The notes beneath the pieces are model-generated. The model saw only the letters and a list, made by a program, of their open reading frames with translations, made no database searches and was not told the DNA's origin. Position numbers and translations under genes: made by a program. From Paraspadella gotoi (lineage: Eukaryota > Animalia > Chaetognatha), in assembly GCA_051294375.1 (NCBI GenBank), contig CM119263.1, positions 17,218,171 to 17,282,170 on the forward strand: a stretch of DNA of 64,000 nt, read 5' to 3'. Below are positions 1 through 50,180 of this stretch, one piece after another. Each line of letters begins with the position of its first letter. The first letter of the stretch is position 1.

Positions 1-2060
1 CCTCCAAAAAGGCGAGAACCACTGGCTTTTCGCTTTTGTGTCGCTCGTCTATTGATTTTCGGTCTTTTCTCATTGTTCGCTGCGAGATTCGTCGCGATCC
101 TTCGTCGACGGCGAGAAAATGATGTTGATGTTGACAGAACCGAGACCCGAGGCGGAATTCGAGTGGAGGGACTCGATCGATTCAATTCACTTGATAACCA
201 ACTAATTTATAGCTTTTATATTTTAACGATTTAATTTGGTCACTGTTCTATAGAAATAAAACGTTGATATTTATCCTTTTCGGTCGGTGTTGGTTTTTGA
301 GTGAAATAAAAACTCAAAATATATCTAATTATGAAAGTCAAACAACAATGAACACATATTTCATTAACTATTTGAAAATTTTTTTCTAAAAAATCTCGAT
401 AGGTATTTCTTGGCAAGAATGAGGTGCGATGCAATGCAATAATAACAATCGTGAAAAGAAAATTAATCAAAAAAAAATATTTGCTTTTCCGTTGTATACA
501 TAGGACAATGACGAATAATATTGCAGGTTGGATAAATTAACGTAAAACAAAGAAGACAACGAGTTGACGCGTTACACGAGAGTCGGGAATCCGTGAGTGA
601 CGCTGCCATTGGCGACGCCTCCGTTGACCACGCTGCCATTGGCGACGCTTCCGTTCCCACGCGACGGCCAACCGTAAGAGTCTCCGGCGTAACTTCCGTC
701 GGGCCGATCGCCGGCGCTGCCGACTGAGACGCTGCCGTCGACGACGCTGTAGTTTCCGTTTGTCGGCCGGTCGGCGTCGACGAAGCGTTGGCCGCCGGAT
801 TTGGCGGCGTCGCCGGCGCCGATCTCGTACGAGTCTTCGGAAGCCGACGACGACGAAACTGCGTAGCGCTGCATGCGTCGCTTGCGGATCGACGCGACGA
901 TGGTGACGACGATGACGGCGATGACGATGACGACTCCCAGGAGGCCTTGAGGCCAGGAATGGGAAAGGAAATGATTATGAAAGGGAAACGAAGAGAAGGG
1001 ATGGTGAGAAGAAGGAAAAGGAGTAGAAAGAGAGAAAGGAAATGGAAGGAAAAAAAGAAAAAGAAAGACAAAGAAGGAAGGAGGAGAAAAAACACACATA
1101 AAAAGTAAAAAGATGGGAAAGGAAAAAAAGAAGTGGAGGACAGAGAAAGCAAAGGAAAAGAGAGAAAGAAAAAAAAAAGAAAAAGAAAAGGGAAGACAGA
1201 GAAAGGAAAGGAAAGGAAAAGAAAGAAAGAAAAATGAAATAAAATGAAAGGGGAAGAAAGACAAATGAAAGGGGAAAAAAAAAGAAAGAAAAATAAAATA
1301 AAAAGGAAGATTCGACAGTTAGCAACGCCGCCAACAACAACGACTCACAAGCCACAGCGACGATGACGATGAGCTCCCTCGTCCGACTGACAGCGTAATC
1401 TCGATCCTCGATCTCGATATCGAAGTCTGCGCTTCCGTGATCGTTGACGGCGGAACAGCGGTAGACGCCGAAGCGGACTTCCCCGTTGGCGTCCTCTTCC
1501 ATGGTAAAGGTCAGTTCGGGTAAGTCGCTGTTGAGGAGTTCTGGACTAGGGGTCGGCGTCACCTGAGGAGGGGAGAGAGAGAGAGTGAGTTGAGGGCGAG
1601 AGAGACGGAGACATCTTCAACCCTTATACTCCGACCTCGATTCCACACGGGTCATCGTACGGCACCCAACTTCCGCCTTCCCACTTTTTCCAGTCGCAGT
1701 CTTCCTCCTCGTCGCAGGGATAGACGTTGCTTCGGTCGACCCAGTCGCATGGGTTGTACTGCTTCTCCATGACACGACCCAAGTAGCGCCACTGGTAGGC
1801 GAAGGGCGGCGGGTTGGACATCACGTCGCAGCGGAGCGTCACTTCCTCGCCGATAGAGGCGCCGACGATTCTGGCGGAGGGTGACGATGGAGAGAATAAA
1901 AATTAAAAATTAGGGTCAGATATGAGCCGAATTGTATAAGAAAGTTAACTTTATTACTGAGTATAAATGAGTTAGAGAAGATTCACAAAGGCATGATTAT
2001 TCTCTGCCGACGGAAGATTTTTTAAATTCTTATGTCTTCACAAAAGCGCTAATGTAACAA

Positions 2061-2133
2061 GGCCTTGTGGCGCAATGGATAACGCGTCTGACTACGGATC
2101 AGAAGATTCCAGGTTCGAATCCTGGCAAGGTCG
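2061..2133 (+). tRNA. tRNA-Arg(ACG), intronic and antisense to the Ig gene
   Basis: 73 nt cloverleaf GGCCTTG...CAAGGTCG, anticodon loop CT-ACG-GA, GTTCGAATCC B-box, followed by a T6 Pol III terminator. Confidence 0.97.
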
Positions 2134-2897
2134 TTTTTTAACGTCTTTTAATTTTTAAAGTCTTATATTTTCCTCGTCTCCCTCATTGATTGCACTTTAC
2201 CTTTCGTTTTCCGTCCCGTTCCAAACTGGTTTGTGCTGCACGTCTAGAATCACAAATGCCTCCGCCTCCTTGTAGGTGACCTCGTTGACGGCCGTGCAAG
2301 TGACCCGCCCACGGTTGTCCTTCCAATCTGCCTTTAAGCTCAATCGATTGCCTTCAACCTGAGAGTTTGACGAGACCCAAGTTCATGTATTTTTTGTGTT
2401 TACATGTAATAAGAGTTGATCATGAAAAGAAGAATACAAGAGAACGTTAAATTAAAAAAATAAAAAAATAAATAAAGTAAGAACAACCTCCAGCCTCCCG
2501 GCGAGCTGATTGCAGATGTTTCCGACGGGGCACTGGGCGTGCTCCGGAAGGTTGCTGTAGTCTGGCGTCTCCCACTGAAGAACCGCATTAGGGTTGGTGC
2601 CGACTGGACTGCAGTAGAGGTTGATGAGGTCTCCCTCGTTGACGGGGCGGTTGCCTTCGATGGAGGCGCCAGAGGGACCGAAAGCCACCCTAAAATAAAG
2701 TAGGGGTTTCAATTTAGATTTCCGGTTTTTTTTTTGTCCCCTGCTCTTGCCTTTTGTTTTTTCTTTTGTTTTCGTTGTTGTCTTTTTTCTAAAGACTCGA
2801 ATGTATTCTAATTTCTTTCGCCTTCCTCTTTACCTAGCGTTTCCCCCTACCGAGCCCCGAAAAAAACGAAAAATATTTTGACCTCCATCGCTGACAG

Positions 2898-3571
2898 TTA
2901 ATTCCTTCTGACGAACGACTCGATCCGATCTCTGCCAAGATTCGACTCTTTCACCACATAAATTTTCACCCTCTCAATTTTTCTTTTCACTTCGGATTTA
3001 ATCGAAAAACAAACAGAAGGCAATCGCATCGGCCTCCAGTCGGCCCGCGTCGGTTGTGGGAGATATTTTTTTTTTTTTAGTAAGTGTAGTAGCGACGCCG
3101 AAAAGTCGGCCAGGGGGAAATTATCCGTCGGCAAAGATAAAACCTGAAAAACAGATTCAAATCTTTGGATCGATCGGACCCCCGAAACATCGGCTGACCA
3201 GAGATTCACGCTCGTTTAGTGAGTTTACGGCAACTCTCCCGTTCTAGTGAAAACGAAATTCGAAGTCGTATCGCTCAAAAGCGTAAAAATCTCGGCGGTC
3301 ACGTCAAAGGACCCAAATTTTCGGTAGTTGTATTTTAGGACGGGAGCAACTTTGGAAAAATTATTTTTAGCTCTGTCGGAAGCAGCAAAAAGACATTGGC
3401 GATGACTCCGACTCGATTAATAAGTCCGATTCGGGCGAATTCCCCGGCGAATCGGACAAAATCCAGGCTTTTTGGTCGCGGGTTCATTTCGAAGTTTGTT
3501 TTGGTTAAAACCCGAGTGACTATCTCTTCAAGAGCGTAAACGATGGAGGGTGGAAACATGGAAGGGGGCAT
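2898..3571 (-). pseudogene. Coding-like ORF pair nested in an Ig-gene intron on the same strand; weak MIF4G-like motif
   Basis: ORFs 3571-3335 and 3209-2898 have exon-like composition inside intron 2690-3784; 'FVRFAGEFARIGLIN' resembles the MIF4G 'IRFIGELYKLGLL' helix. Broken by a frameshift and stops. Confidence 0.3.
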
Positions 3572-4039
3572 AAAAACGATAAGAGGAAACAGAGGGAGCT
3601 TGGATTCAAAAACAATTTTGAATGGGAAGCGATTAGGAGTTTCTTAAAATGGATTGGAGTTCATTTATTTTATTCGCCAGTGTGAAGGGATAATGAAAGA
3701 GAAAGACGAAGTTTTGGCTCAATTGAGTAAAAACTTTAATTGAACAACCCATCTCAGATGTAGTTGAGGCCTTGACTCACTCACTTCAATGCCTTGCTGG
3801 TCTCTCTGGACAGGAGCGGGTCTGGCGAATCCGCGTAGCACGTGACTTTCTCACCGTCGTGATTCGCTCTCACGATCATTGTCGACTCGACGAAAAAGTG
3901 CATCGCGGTCTGATCCTCTTGGCTGCCTGAAGAAGAAACTCAGAATATTAGTCTTTTTATTTATTAGATTCTTTCAGTTTAAAAAAATATATATACCGTG
4001 TATACTGTATAGTAAGTCGGAACAGGTTACAAACTAACA

Positions 4040-4590
4040 GAAGTCCGGTATAAATATTGTCAATGGGTTTGTTAAAGATCAAGAAAATAAAAAAAATTCA
4101 AGATTTATCTTATAGTTAAATGAATGGAAGCTATTTTATACTATCCAAATATTATATAGCGTCAAGAGGTAAGTTTTACCTTTTTTTCGGATTCTGATAG
4201 AGCTTGAAAAGTTAGATGAAGGTTACTATTACAACTTTTTGAAATTTTAATGATTTGTTTATGAAAAGTAATTAAAACTATCAAATTTATTGAATGATGA
4301 TGATTATGATTTTTTAATGTTTTTTTTCAAATTTTAACCCATTTACTATTAAAATTGTTTTGAAATTTATAATACTAACCTTCATCTAACTTTTTAATCT
4401 TTATAATAATCCATTTTTAAAAATTTAAATTTCCTAAAAAAATTTTGAAGCATTTCTTACATATTATTAAATATTAAAATGCTTCCATGCATGAGGAAAA
4501 TGAATTTAATCAAAATCTAACATCATAACATCATAACATCATAAGTCAATTTGGTTGTTAAAAGACAAAAGCCTTTTATTACAGACTTTT
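4040..4590. mobile_element. Degenerate foldback/MITE-like palindrome in an intron
   Basis: Perfect 19 bp inverted repeat AAAAGTTAGATGAAGGTTA at 4207-4225 / 4376-4394, with further degenerate symmetry outward (TGAATGGAAGC ~4121 vs GCTTCCATGCA ~4480). Confidence 0.6.
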
Positions 4591-5781
4591 ATTTAAATGC
4601 TTACTATTATGACTATTAGAATTTTCACCAATCACCAGTCGCTTACCTTCAATGCTGGTGCCATCGGGAAGTTCTAGCGAAAGCTTAGCAATGGGTTGTC
4701 CTATGTCTCGCACCTGGTAAGTTAATCGGTTGTTTTTAAAGAATTCTTCACCAGACACTCGAGCAATTCACCTTGCAGACGATGTCGAGGTCATCCCCGA
4801 CCGCCATCCATTCCCCTTCGTTGAAGGCGATGACGGGGTCGTCAGGAGGATAGTTCACCACCAAATAACTAAATTTATATTATCAATTGTGAGAATATGA
4901 ATGATAATAAATTGAGATAATTCTAAACTCACGCTTTGGTCGTGTGCGGCTGAGAGACCCACTCCCCCAACGCCCCTTGATCGAAGACTGTAGTGACGGC
5001 TTCGTTGCTGGCTAAGCATTCCAAGGTCTTGTAGTGGAGGTAGCGGTCAGGTTTTAAGTTTAGGACGGACCTTACCATATCGTGGGAATAGAGGTGGGGC
5101 TCCTGGAAGGTATTTTGGGGCGAGAGAAAAGTTAATTGAATTAAAATTACTTACTTTTTCACTCAAATCATGGCAAACTGCCTCACCTGCGTGTATTCCT
5201 CCTTCCCAAGCTCCTTCCCATCCAGCCTCCAAGAAATTGTGGCGTGGGGAATGCTGAAGACTTCGCACTCGACAAGATTATCGAGGTCCTCGTAAACGAG
5301 CAACTCGGATGTGACGGGGTCGGCCAAGGGGAAGAAGGGTTGGGTCAGTTCGGCCAGGACGAGGTTGTAGGCGACGACTACTGGAGGTGAGTTGACCGAG
5401 TTGTCAAGGAAAACCTAAAGGAGTTGGAGAGAAGTAGAGTGTTGGTATTTTTGCGACACAAAATTTACAAAGAGATGTCTAGTGATGCCTAAAAAGCGGA
5501 ATTTCACACGAAATATATGAATATTGAAAGTAGGACTAACTCCTGACTCTTTCAACTGTGGATATTTTTCAAAGATCAAAGAAACAAAACAAAAACCAAA
5601 AATCTAAGACGTTTCGGCCAAGGTACAAAATTGGGCGGGTGTCAGTTTTCCCTTTCTCTTCGCACGTGCGCCTCATTAAATTCGCGTTTATGCTTCGTTT
5701 TAACTTTGAAAGGAGAGATAATATTTCGGCCAAACTCCCGGCCTTTCTCATCCCCCTGCTCTTCCCTGCTTTTCCCATTCT

Positions 5782-5806
5782 NNNNNNNNNNNNNNNNNNN
5801 NNNNNN
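5782..5806. other. Assembly gap (25 N)
   Basis: Run of N characters. Confidence 1.
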
Positions 5807-5919
5807 CATCCCCCCCCCCACGGCTAGCCTCCTTTTCTTCCTCGGGTTTTACCTTACTTTATATTTTTTTTTTAATAGAATCCGTTCAGGATCAATTAGC
5901 CCATGCAGGTGAAAGAGAT

Positions 5920-6001
<82 letters not shown>

Positions 6002-6007
6002 AGAGAG

Positions 6008-15163
<9,156 letters not shown>

Positions 15164-15755
15164 CATGGGGATGTTGATTTTAATGAGCTTTTCATCACCA
15201 ACGGCGATTTCTCCGATGTCCCGATCGTGAACCATTTCTGTTCAAATGAAAACTTTATTTTTCTTTTGCGTAATAACCTTCTTTCGCTTGTCAGTTGGTT
15301 GGTTAGATTTTTAATTGATTGGCTTATGGTTACTTTCGTAGGGTTTTTTTTTTCTTTCTTCTTTTCTTTCGCTTTTGATTTCTTTTTTTCTTCTTTTCTT
15401 TCTGTCTTTTCTGTCTCTTCTCTTTCCTTCCCACCGGCTCCCCCCTACATCCAACCGGTCATTGGCTGATCTTTGTTGTCCGCCGCCCCGTTCATGTTGA
15501 TAGGGATGGTGATCTTCATGTTTCTGACGCTCGTTTCGTCGCGGCTGAAGAGGTCCTTCAACTTCTGCTCTCGACGCAACCGGAAGCCGACGGTGAGTTT
15601 GAGGATGGCGCCGGGGTCGACCTGAAGGACCTCGTTTTCGAAGGTCGTGATGGTCACCATCTTCTCGTCTGCGAGGGAAAGAAAGGGCGTCACGGTGTCA
15701 TGTTCTTTCTAATGATATTTTAAAATTTGGGCGGTATTAGTAGCTCTATGTCTTA

Positions 15756-15800
<45 letters not shown>

Positions 15801-17191
15801 AAAAAAAAGTCATACATTATTATCTTAAGTGTTGCTATGGTTGTAGTTTTATTACTTTTTTCCCCATTTTATTGGTTCTAACATTCACACTCTTTTGATA
15901 GAATCGTTGTGTCGGTCGGGCCGATATAATGAGGATAATTCAGGAGGATAATTAAGCTAAATTTGCGATATTGATGAAAATAAAATATTTTAAATCTAAA
16001 AAAATAAAAAAATAAAGATAGTGAAACAAGTAACTTTGCAACTTTCTTAAAATGACATTAACTATCTAATTGTCTCTGTTGTGTCATAGATGTTCCGAAT
16101 GATCGACCCACCTTCCTTGAGTTCCTCATCCTCCTTCTTCTGCTGACCATCGCTGATGTCCTGAACGTCAAACTCTTTGACGTCTTTGACTTGGCCGTCC
16201 AGATTAGAATCCAGATTCACCTCCGTCATCTTAGAAAATTCAATCGAAATAGTTTGATTTTATAAGTAAATCCGCACTTTTACGAATATCTATTTCGTGT
16301 CAAATCGTCAACGTGTATAAAAAGCTGACGATCGTGATACTTACCATTCAGGATTTCTGGTTTTTGAAGTAGAATTTATTGTCGGAGGTCTCCTGTTTTT
16401 TTTTCTACCTTTAGAAATATAAAAGAAAAAAGTTAAATTAAATTAGAATAGATAATAAATAATAAACACATCCAGGTCACTGGACGCCCAAACGAATTGG
16501 GCAGAACCGAGTGAAATAAAGTCAAATTCACGTGGGTAGCGTAACGTGGAAACTAAGTCATCGCGTAAAACAAGTCTTGAGAAGCGAATCGAAATATTCC
16601 GTGAACGATGAAAATTATTTCACTCGGCCCATTGTTCAGAGAAAATGCGAAACGTAGATTCTACAGAGCGAATGCGAAACGCTGATAGAGAGCGAGCCCT
16701 CTCACAAAGGCGGATGAGCTTTAAACGAATTCCCGTCGTTCGTGACCGAGGAAAAAAAAAATTCCTCGTCTCTGTCACGTTTTAAAGCCTCTCGATAAAG
16801 AGGAGAAGAGGAGAAAGAGAAAATAGACGATGTCACATCTTTTAACTCTCTCTTCCCCCTATCCTTCTCCTCTTCGTAAAACCAAAAGAATTTAATTAAC
16901 ATTTTGAGGATTCGGCGAAATTTCTGACCGGTTTTTTCGATTCCTTCTCTCGCGCGGGCTGACGTCTTTTCGAAGGGGGCACGGCAAACTAGTTATGCCG
17001 ATCGCGTTCCGCGGTGGTGGCGGTGGTGGCGGCGGAGGCGGTGGTGGCGGCGGAGGCGGGCAGGTTGAAGTTGAGACGGCGTCCGTTACCCGGATTATGG
17101 CCGTGTCACATTCTCTTAGAATAAAAATAAATGGTTCCAGCCAGGTATTCATTTGCAAGTCTCTCTACTATATGAGCAGTATGAAATTTGT

Positions 17192-17265
<74 letters not shown>

Positions 17266-18004
17266 GAAGGTGCGAACGGGTTATTGGGGGCAAAAGTGGG
17301 TGATATACGAGTTTGGGAAAAGGGAGAGACATGACGCCGACCAAGGATTCGAAATTTCTAGAAATTCAACTTTTGAATAAAAAGGTAAGGTAAGGTAAGT
17401 TAAAATCTCAAGGACGGAAACTAAGGCTAATTGAAGAGTTTCTACCCACTATTCGTTTGACTTCGATGGGAGGTTATTGAGTGTGGTTCCAGTTTCTAGT
17501 TTCTGTTAAGTTTTTGATAAATGTATTTTTAATATAATTTTTCCCCTCCCACTCTCATGGCAACGCGCATAGCGAAATACTATCTTCAAAAGTTCTGTAT
17601 ATTTCGAAAGAAAATAGACAATCTTATTAGAGTAGGACGGGTCGTTTAGCCGGTTTTTCTGATTTTGAAAAAGTGTAATGGGGATAATCGCTCCTTCAAC
17701 GAGGAGGTTGAACCACAAACTTAGATTTAGATGTTGAGAAAAAATTGAACGGTACTATGTAATGTGTTCCAATGATAAACACAGAAAACTGGTAACTAGC
17801 CTCGTACTAGCCTATACCGAATTATTTTAATTGATTTCATTTAATTTAACCTCATGTGAATATTGATTCGCATTTTCTTCAGGCTAGATATATCCATATC
17901 TTGTAGACAATAATTATGTCCATGCTACGATTTCTTTTATGGTTACTGTTTTTTCCCGGCGCTTTAAGTCAGCCAATGAACGTCTCTCAATCATAAGGCT
18001 TATC

Positions 18005-18017
18005 GTTGCTAAGCAGC
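18005..18017 (+). promoter_or_regulatory. Putative RFX X-box upstream of CFAP47
   Basis: GTTGCTAAGCAGC, one mismatch from the GTTGCTAAGCAAC X-box variant, ~300 bp before the ATG. CCAAT at ~17973 and a second half-site CATGGCAAC at ~17556-17564. RFX control of ciliary genes is established knowledge. Confidence 0.5.
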
Positions 18018-18319
18018 CTATGAAACACGAACCAAACTTTTTTCTCGATCGAGAGACAAGATCAACGAGTAATATTGAAAAGTAAATCAAATTGAGGATG
18101 ATTGTAAAGTTTAATCAAATAATAAGTGCATTATTTTTAATATAAGATTATTGTATGTTAAAGCTCAACCGTTATCTCCACAATTTCTTTGTTATTTTCT
18201 AAATCTTACTCCTAAAAAATAGGAATACGAAACAAAATAAAATCTCCAGGTTCAGAAACGCTTTTACCAAACGTTTCGAAGTTTATAGTTTAAAATTTTT
18301 TTTACAAAATGAAGAAACT

Positions 18320-45539
<27,220 letters not shown>

Positions 45540-45935
45540 GAAGGAGCATTTAGTTATTGCTTATTAGTAGTAAATACTTTTAGTAGTAGTAATTCATAAT
45601 TCTAAATCATGTAGACTGTGCATGTGACTTTCGCTTCCCAGGGTCGAATTGCAAGAATTGCAAAGAAACCTGAATGAAAGTCGTCATATCAAGTTTTTTT
45701 TTCGCAGTCATGATAAAGCGTGTTCGTTGTGAATAAATAGTTTTAAATATCGTCTTTGTACTTTATTCATTGTTTATTTCAATATCTGCATTTAGTTTTA
45801 GCAACCAACTAACGGTGAACCGCTCAAATTGATGTATTTATCATTATATTAATTTAAGGCCATATTTTGTAGAAATTATAATGCGATTTTAATTGTGCAA
45901 AAGACTGGGGAAACCAAACATTGTCGCGAAATTCT

Positions 45936-48360
45936 ATGTCACGTTTTCCGTCACGGTTGCCGTCACGTCAGCCACGCGCCGATGCTGACGCTGTTCCCTC
46001 TCGCGGCGGCAAAGATGTTTTGACGTCGGAATCTCGCGGCGCGCAACTCAATCCTTTGGCGCCATCTCGTGGCGGTGCTAATCGCGAGTCAGCAAACGCG
46101 TCGCTCGACGCCGACGGAGGAAACTCGAAAGGAGAGAATTTGCCGGCGAAAAGGACCTCATCGAAAACGAGCTCATCGTTGACCAAAACTAAAGAAAAAA
46201 GAAAAGTTGAGCTTTATTTGGCACATAACCAGTTGGAAGAAGTTCCGGAGGACATTACTAAGTAAGAAACATTCTCAATTTACGTTTTAGAAACATTTTA
46301 CTCGTTTTCGCACCCTTTTTGAAGACTTGATTGATTGAAAGTTAAAAACACAAATAGTTATATCATGTCAGAACATCGAATTATGATAAATTATGCAAAA
46401 AAAAGGATGTCCGTCCGTCCGTCTGTCTGTCCGTCCGTTCGTCCATCCGTCCGTCCGTCCCACCTTAGCAAAAAACACCAATTACTCGTGATTGGATGGA
46501 TGGATTTGAATAAAATTTCGTGTGTGGGTAGGCAAGTTTGTGATTGAGCCGGATATGAAGTATCGATGAAGTCGTCCGAGTGGAAATGAGTTTAAATGGA
46601 AAAATCAAAAAAATATATTTCACTATTTGAACACCAATTGTTCATGAGTGGCTGGGGCGATTGACCTGTAATTTTGTATGTGGGTAGGAAAGTGTGTGAT
46701 TGAGCAGGAAATCAAGTTTCGATGGAATCGTTTGAGTTTAAATGGAAAAAAACAAAAAACCTGTTTCACTTATTGATTATGCTTCTTTTTCCTTTTATAT
46801 TAAATGTAAATGCAGGATGTATTAATAAATCAAAAAATTAATCAGTTAATTAATCAATTAGTCAATTAAATAATCAATAATTAATTAATCAGTCAATCAA
46901 TCAAGTCAATGGTTATCGGCATTATTCCCCTCGTCGTCATTGCTTCTGTCGTGGTTAGTGACGAAAAGACCTAAAAACAAACATTTGGGATTAAATTAAT
47001 TAATTAATTGCCTAATTAATTAATTAATTAACTTGAATTATTTAATTATTAATTAATTAATTACCGAAAATGATCGTGGGCAGATCCGACATTGTTTGCT
47101 AAAACTTGTTTAGTTATAATTTACGCGTTAAATTTCCTTTCCGCAGCTATTGTCACCTGGCGTTTTTGTGGTTGGACAACAACCTTCTCTCCCGACTGCC
47201 CCCGCTCTCCGCCAATTGCCTCCTCACCGAAGTCTACCTTCATCGGAATCGCCTCGTCTCTGTCAAAGGCGCCTTCCGCTCTCTCTTCTGCCTGCAGACT
47301 CTCTTCCTGCATAATAATCAGTTGAGGGACGTGGACGAGGTTGTGGCAGAGTTGCGCCCGTTGAAGGCCTTGAGAGTCTTGAACCTGTTCGACAACCCGT
47401 TGACTCAAGAAGCGGGTTATCGTTTAAAAGTGAGTTGAAAAGAATTTTGAACGTTCGGGTGGGAGAAAGAAGCTGGGAAAAAAGAAAGTGTAGCTGCGAT
47501 TCTAATTTGTTTTTTATTTTATTTTTCTAATCACATTGTAGAAGACGAAAAATAGAGTATCAATTTTCCCAGCGTTTTTTTTTTTTTCACAGAATAAAAT
47601 TACTGAAAGCATTGATGAAAGAAAGGGTCAACAACGTAATTATTTACCTATTATGGGCTTCGCCAGATAATTGGGTCATTGTCTCAAATCCAAGTCCTCG
47701 ATCGAAGAGACGTTGAGGAAAATGAGAAACGAAGAACCAATGTCATAATCAATGGCGACCACACCGCCTCACCAATATTCCTCGCTGGAATCGCAAGGGG
47801 TCACCCGACTTTCCCGGGAAAACGGGTAAATCGCTCCTCAAAATTAAAATTGACTTGTATATATTCTAACAATCAATACATAAAAAATATTAACATATTA
47901 TTTTCTGTTTCGAAATACCCATTTTTGGTCTTTACTTTTTCAGTTGGCATTCGGAAGCAGCGATTTTCGTCCCCCTCCTCAGCATTACGTCCGAGGCTGC
48001 GACGTCAACACAAGACGTCAAAGGGACAAGGTCGCCGATAATTACTACAAATTGCCTAATATTGAGGTGGGCTGTTTGTAATATATCGTTATAGTAGTAA
48101 GCACAATCACCTAGCATATTGAGTCCTTTTGGCGAGGTTATATTTTGAATTTATTGAAAAAAAAATACAAGTTTGAAGTTTTTGCTTTTAATTAATCACC
48201 TTAGGACTTCGACTCTCGGTCCAAGAGACATGGAATCACTTGCTACTCGAGATTCGATTGGTCCAGAGTCAAAACTTCTCAAGAAAAATTAGCCAACGAA
48301 GACGAAGAAAAAAATGTAAACAAAACTGTTGGTTTTTTAAAAACTACTATAAAATTATAA
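45936..48360 (+). CDS. LRRC72: Leucine-rich repeat-containing protein 72
   Basis: Exons 45936-46261, 47147-~47430, ~47668-47825, 47944-48066, ~48205-48360. LRRs 'LAFLWLDNNLL', 'LTEVYLHRNRL', 'LQTLFLHNNQL', LRRcap 'LNLFDNPLTQEAGYRL..QVLDR' and C-terminal 'YSRFDWS'. Has a low-complexity N-terminal extension. Confidence 0.8.
46405..46780 (+). mobile_element. Helentron-associated (HINE/DINE-1-like) non-autonomous element fragment in LRRC72 intron 1
   Basis: (CCGT/CTGT)n microsatellite at 46409-46460 followed by two ~156 bp degenerate tandem units (CACCAATT...GTGGGTAGG...GTGATTGAGC at ~46477 and ~46632). This is the usual organisation of such elements. Confidence 0.5.
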
Positions 48361-48660
48361 ATATTTTATATCCCCCTAATTAAAAAATACATAATTATAT
48401 ATAAGAAATTGTCATAAGTATGTTAAGTAATTTAGTGACAAAGAAATTTAGTCTTAATTTGATTTTGGTCCAGAGTCAAAACTTTTTAAGAAAAATTAGC
48501 AAGCAAGGACGAAGAAAAAAAAGTTTTCGAAACTTGATTTTTTAAAAACGACTATAAAATTATAAATAGTTCATATCCCATTAGTTCGAATTAAAAAATA
48601 CATGATATTTAAAAATAAAAAATTGTCATGAGTACGTTAAGAAGAAATTAAGTCCAAAAT
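48255..48660 (+). repeat. ~205 bp degenerate tandem duplication of the LRRC72 last-exon end and 3' UTR
   Basis: TTGGTCCAGAGTCAAAACT..GAAAAATTAGC..GACGAAGAAAAAAA..CTATAAAATTATAAATA occurs at ~48258 and ~48464. Confidence 0.85.
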
Positions 48661-48951
48661 ATTTTTTTTTATTACGTATGATATGATCGTATCTGTATAA
48701 TACAGTGTATATACCAGATAAAAAAGTCAATGTGACTTTGTTCTGCTTGATAATGCCTGATAACGTCGCTAGTGGTTTTACGATGAAGTCAAATCTGTCG
48801 ATATTTTTTTAAAAAATGAGCAATTTGAGTAGTGGTAATAAAATATGATCTGTGAAAAATAAAAATATAGATATATATATTCCTACTATTCAAACCTATA
48901 ACTAATATACTAAATTTCACATAAAACACTCGTAGGATTTTGCAAAATAAA

Positions 48952-49024
48952 CGACCTTGCCAGGATTCGAACCTGGAATCTTCTGATCCGTAGTCAGACG
49001 CGTTATCCATTGCGCCACAAGGCC
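48952..49024 (-). tRNA. tRNA-Arg(ACG)
   Basis: Reverse complement is identical to 2061-2133. Confidence 0.97.
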
Positions 49025-49261
49025 TCATCTTCCTAATACTTTAATGTAGTTTATTAAATTATTTTGCTTGACGGTTTTTATGGCTATTATACAATTAAAT
49101 CTTGCCAATTTTTGAAAAACATTGTCCAATTTTTAAGATTTTAAAGTTTTTGAAAAAAGACGCGTAAACAGAAACGGCTTTTTGTATTGATGAATCATAA
49201 CATAAAAGCGATACCGTCTCTTTTGTTTTTTAAATAGTCCTCTCTTCATACTGTCTCGTAG

Positions 49262-49333
49262 TCCCATGTGGTCTAGTGGTTAGGATTTGGCGCTTTCACC
49301 GCCACGGCCGGGGTTCGATTCCCCGCATGGGAG
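49262..49333 (+). tRNA. tRNA-Glu(TTC)
   Basis: TCCCATG/CATGGGA acceptor stem, anticodon TTC, A- and B-boxes present. Confidence 0.96.
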
Positions 49334-49566
49334 GTACTCTTGCTAGAAAGATTTGTTTTTATATAGTTGAAATATGACGTCTCATCATTTAAAGTTTTCA
49401 GTGTTGGTGATGATGAACTGAATTTTTTTTTAGTAAACTAAATTTTGTTTTCGTCTTTCTCTTTTGGTTTTAGTATTTTTTATTTATACTGACTTATATA
49501 TAAATATTATATATTTAAAATAACTTTTTAATTCAACTATTAGTCTTCTTTTATCAAAACGTAAAA

Positions 49567-49648
49567 TGGCAGCGGTGGGATTCGAACCCACGCCTCCGAA
49601 GAGACTGGTGCCTTAAACCAGCGCCTTAGACCACTCGGCCACGCTACC
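49567..49648 (-). tRNA. tRNA-Leu(AAG)
   Basis: Reverse complement GGTAGCGTGGCCGAGTGGTCTAAGGCGCTGGTTTAAGGCACCAGTCTCTTCGGAGGCGTGGGTTCGAATCCCACCGCTGCCA; 82 nt with long variable arm. Confidence 0.97.
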
Positions 49649-50108
49649 TGCATTTACCGTGGCTAAATTCCCTGGTAAAGTTTTAATCATCGTTAAAAAT
49701 TTCAACAGAGAAGTACAAATGACCACATATTTACCCAAATTTTTTTTAGGGAGAACTTTACTGTTTGTCGTTTCATTTCAATTTTAGGTCAATTTTCCTT
49801 TATTATAACCTAGTAAAAAGGATAATTTTTACATTGCTATAACCATTTCTTATATGATTTAAATTGGAACAATATTTATTAAATATTTTCTCCTATCCAT
49901 CCCCAATTTTTCAGCAATCTATTTTTTTTATTAAATTAATATTTATAAAAGCTTAATGCAACAAAAATCTAATAATTATTACAGTAAATAAGAAACACAA
50001 GCTAAGAAGAACAATTGCCGAAATTGCTATGTTAAATAAGATGTTAAAAGAAAATTTAATTAATTCCCAAAATCAATTTGTAGTTAAAAACTAGCGGTTC
50101 CCTCACTT

Positions 50109-50180
50109 GCCGTGATAGTATAGTGGTTAGTACTTCGCGTTGTGGCCGCGACAACCCAGGTTCGAATCCTGGTCACGGCA
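50109..50180 (+). tRNA. tRNA-His(GTG)
   Basis: GCCGTGA...TCACGGCA, anticodon loop TT-GTG-GC, followed by T7. G-1 is not encoded. Confidence 0.97.

Noticed and set aside
1-73. Possible start of another minus-strand gene (MRKDRKSIDERHKSEKPVVLAFLE)
   Set aside because: Only 24 codons at the window edge, with no recognisable motif.
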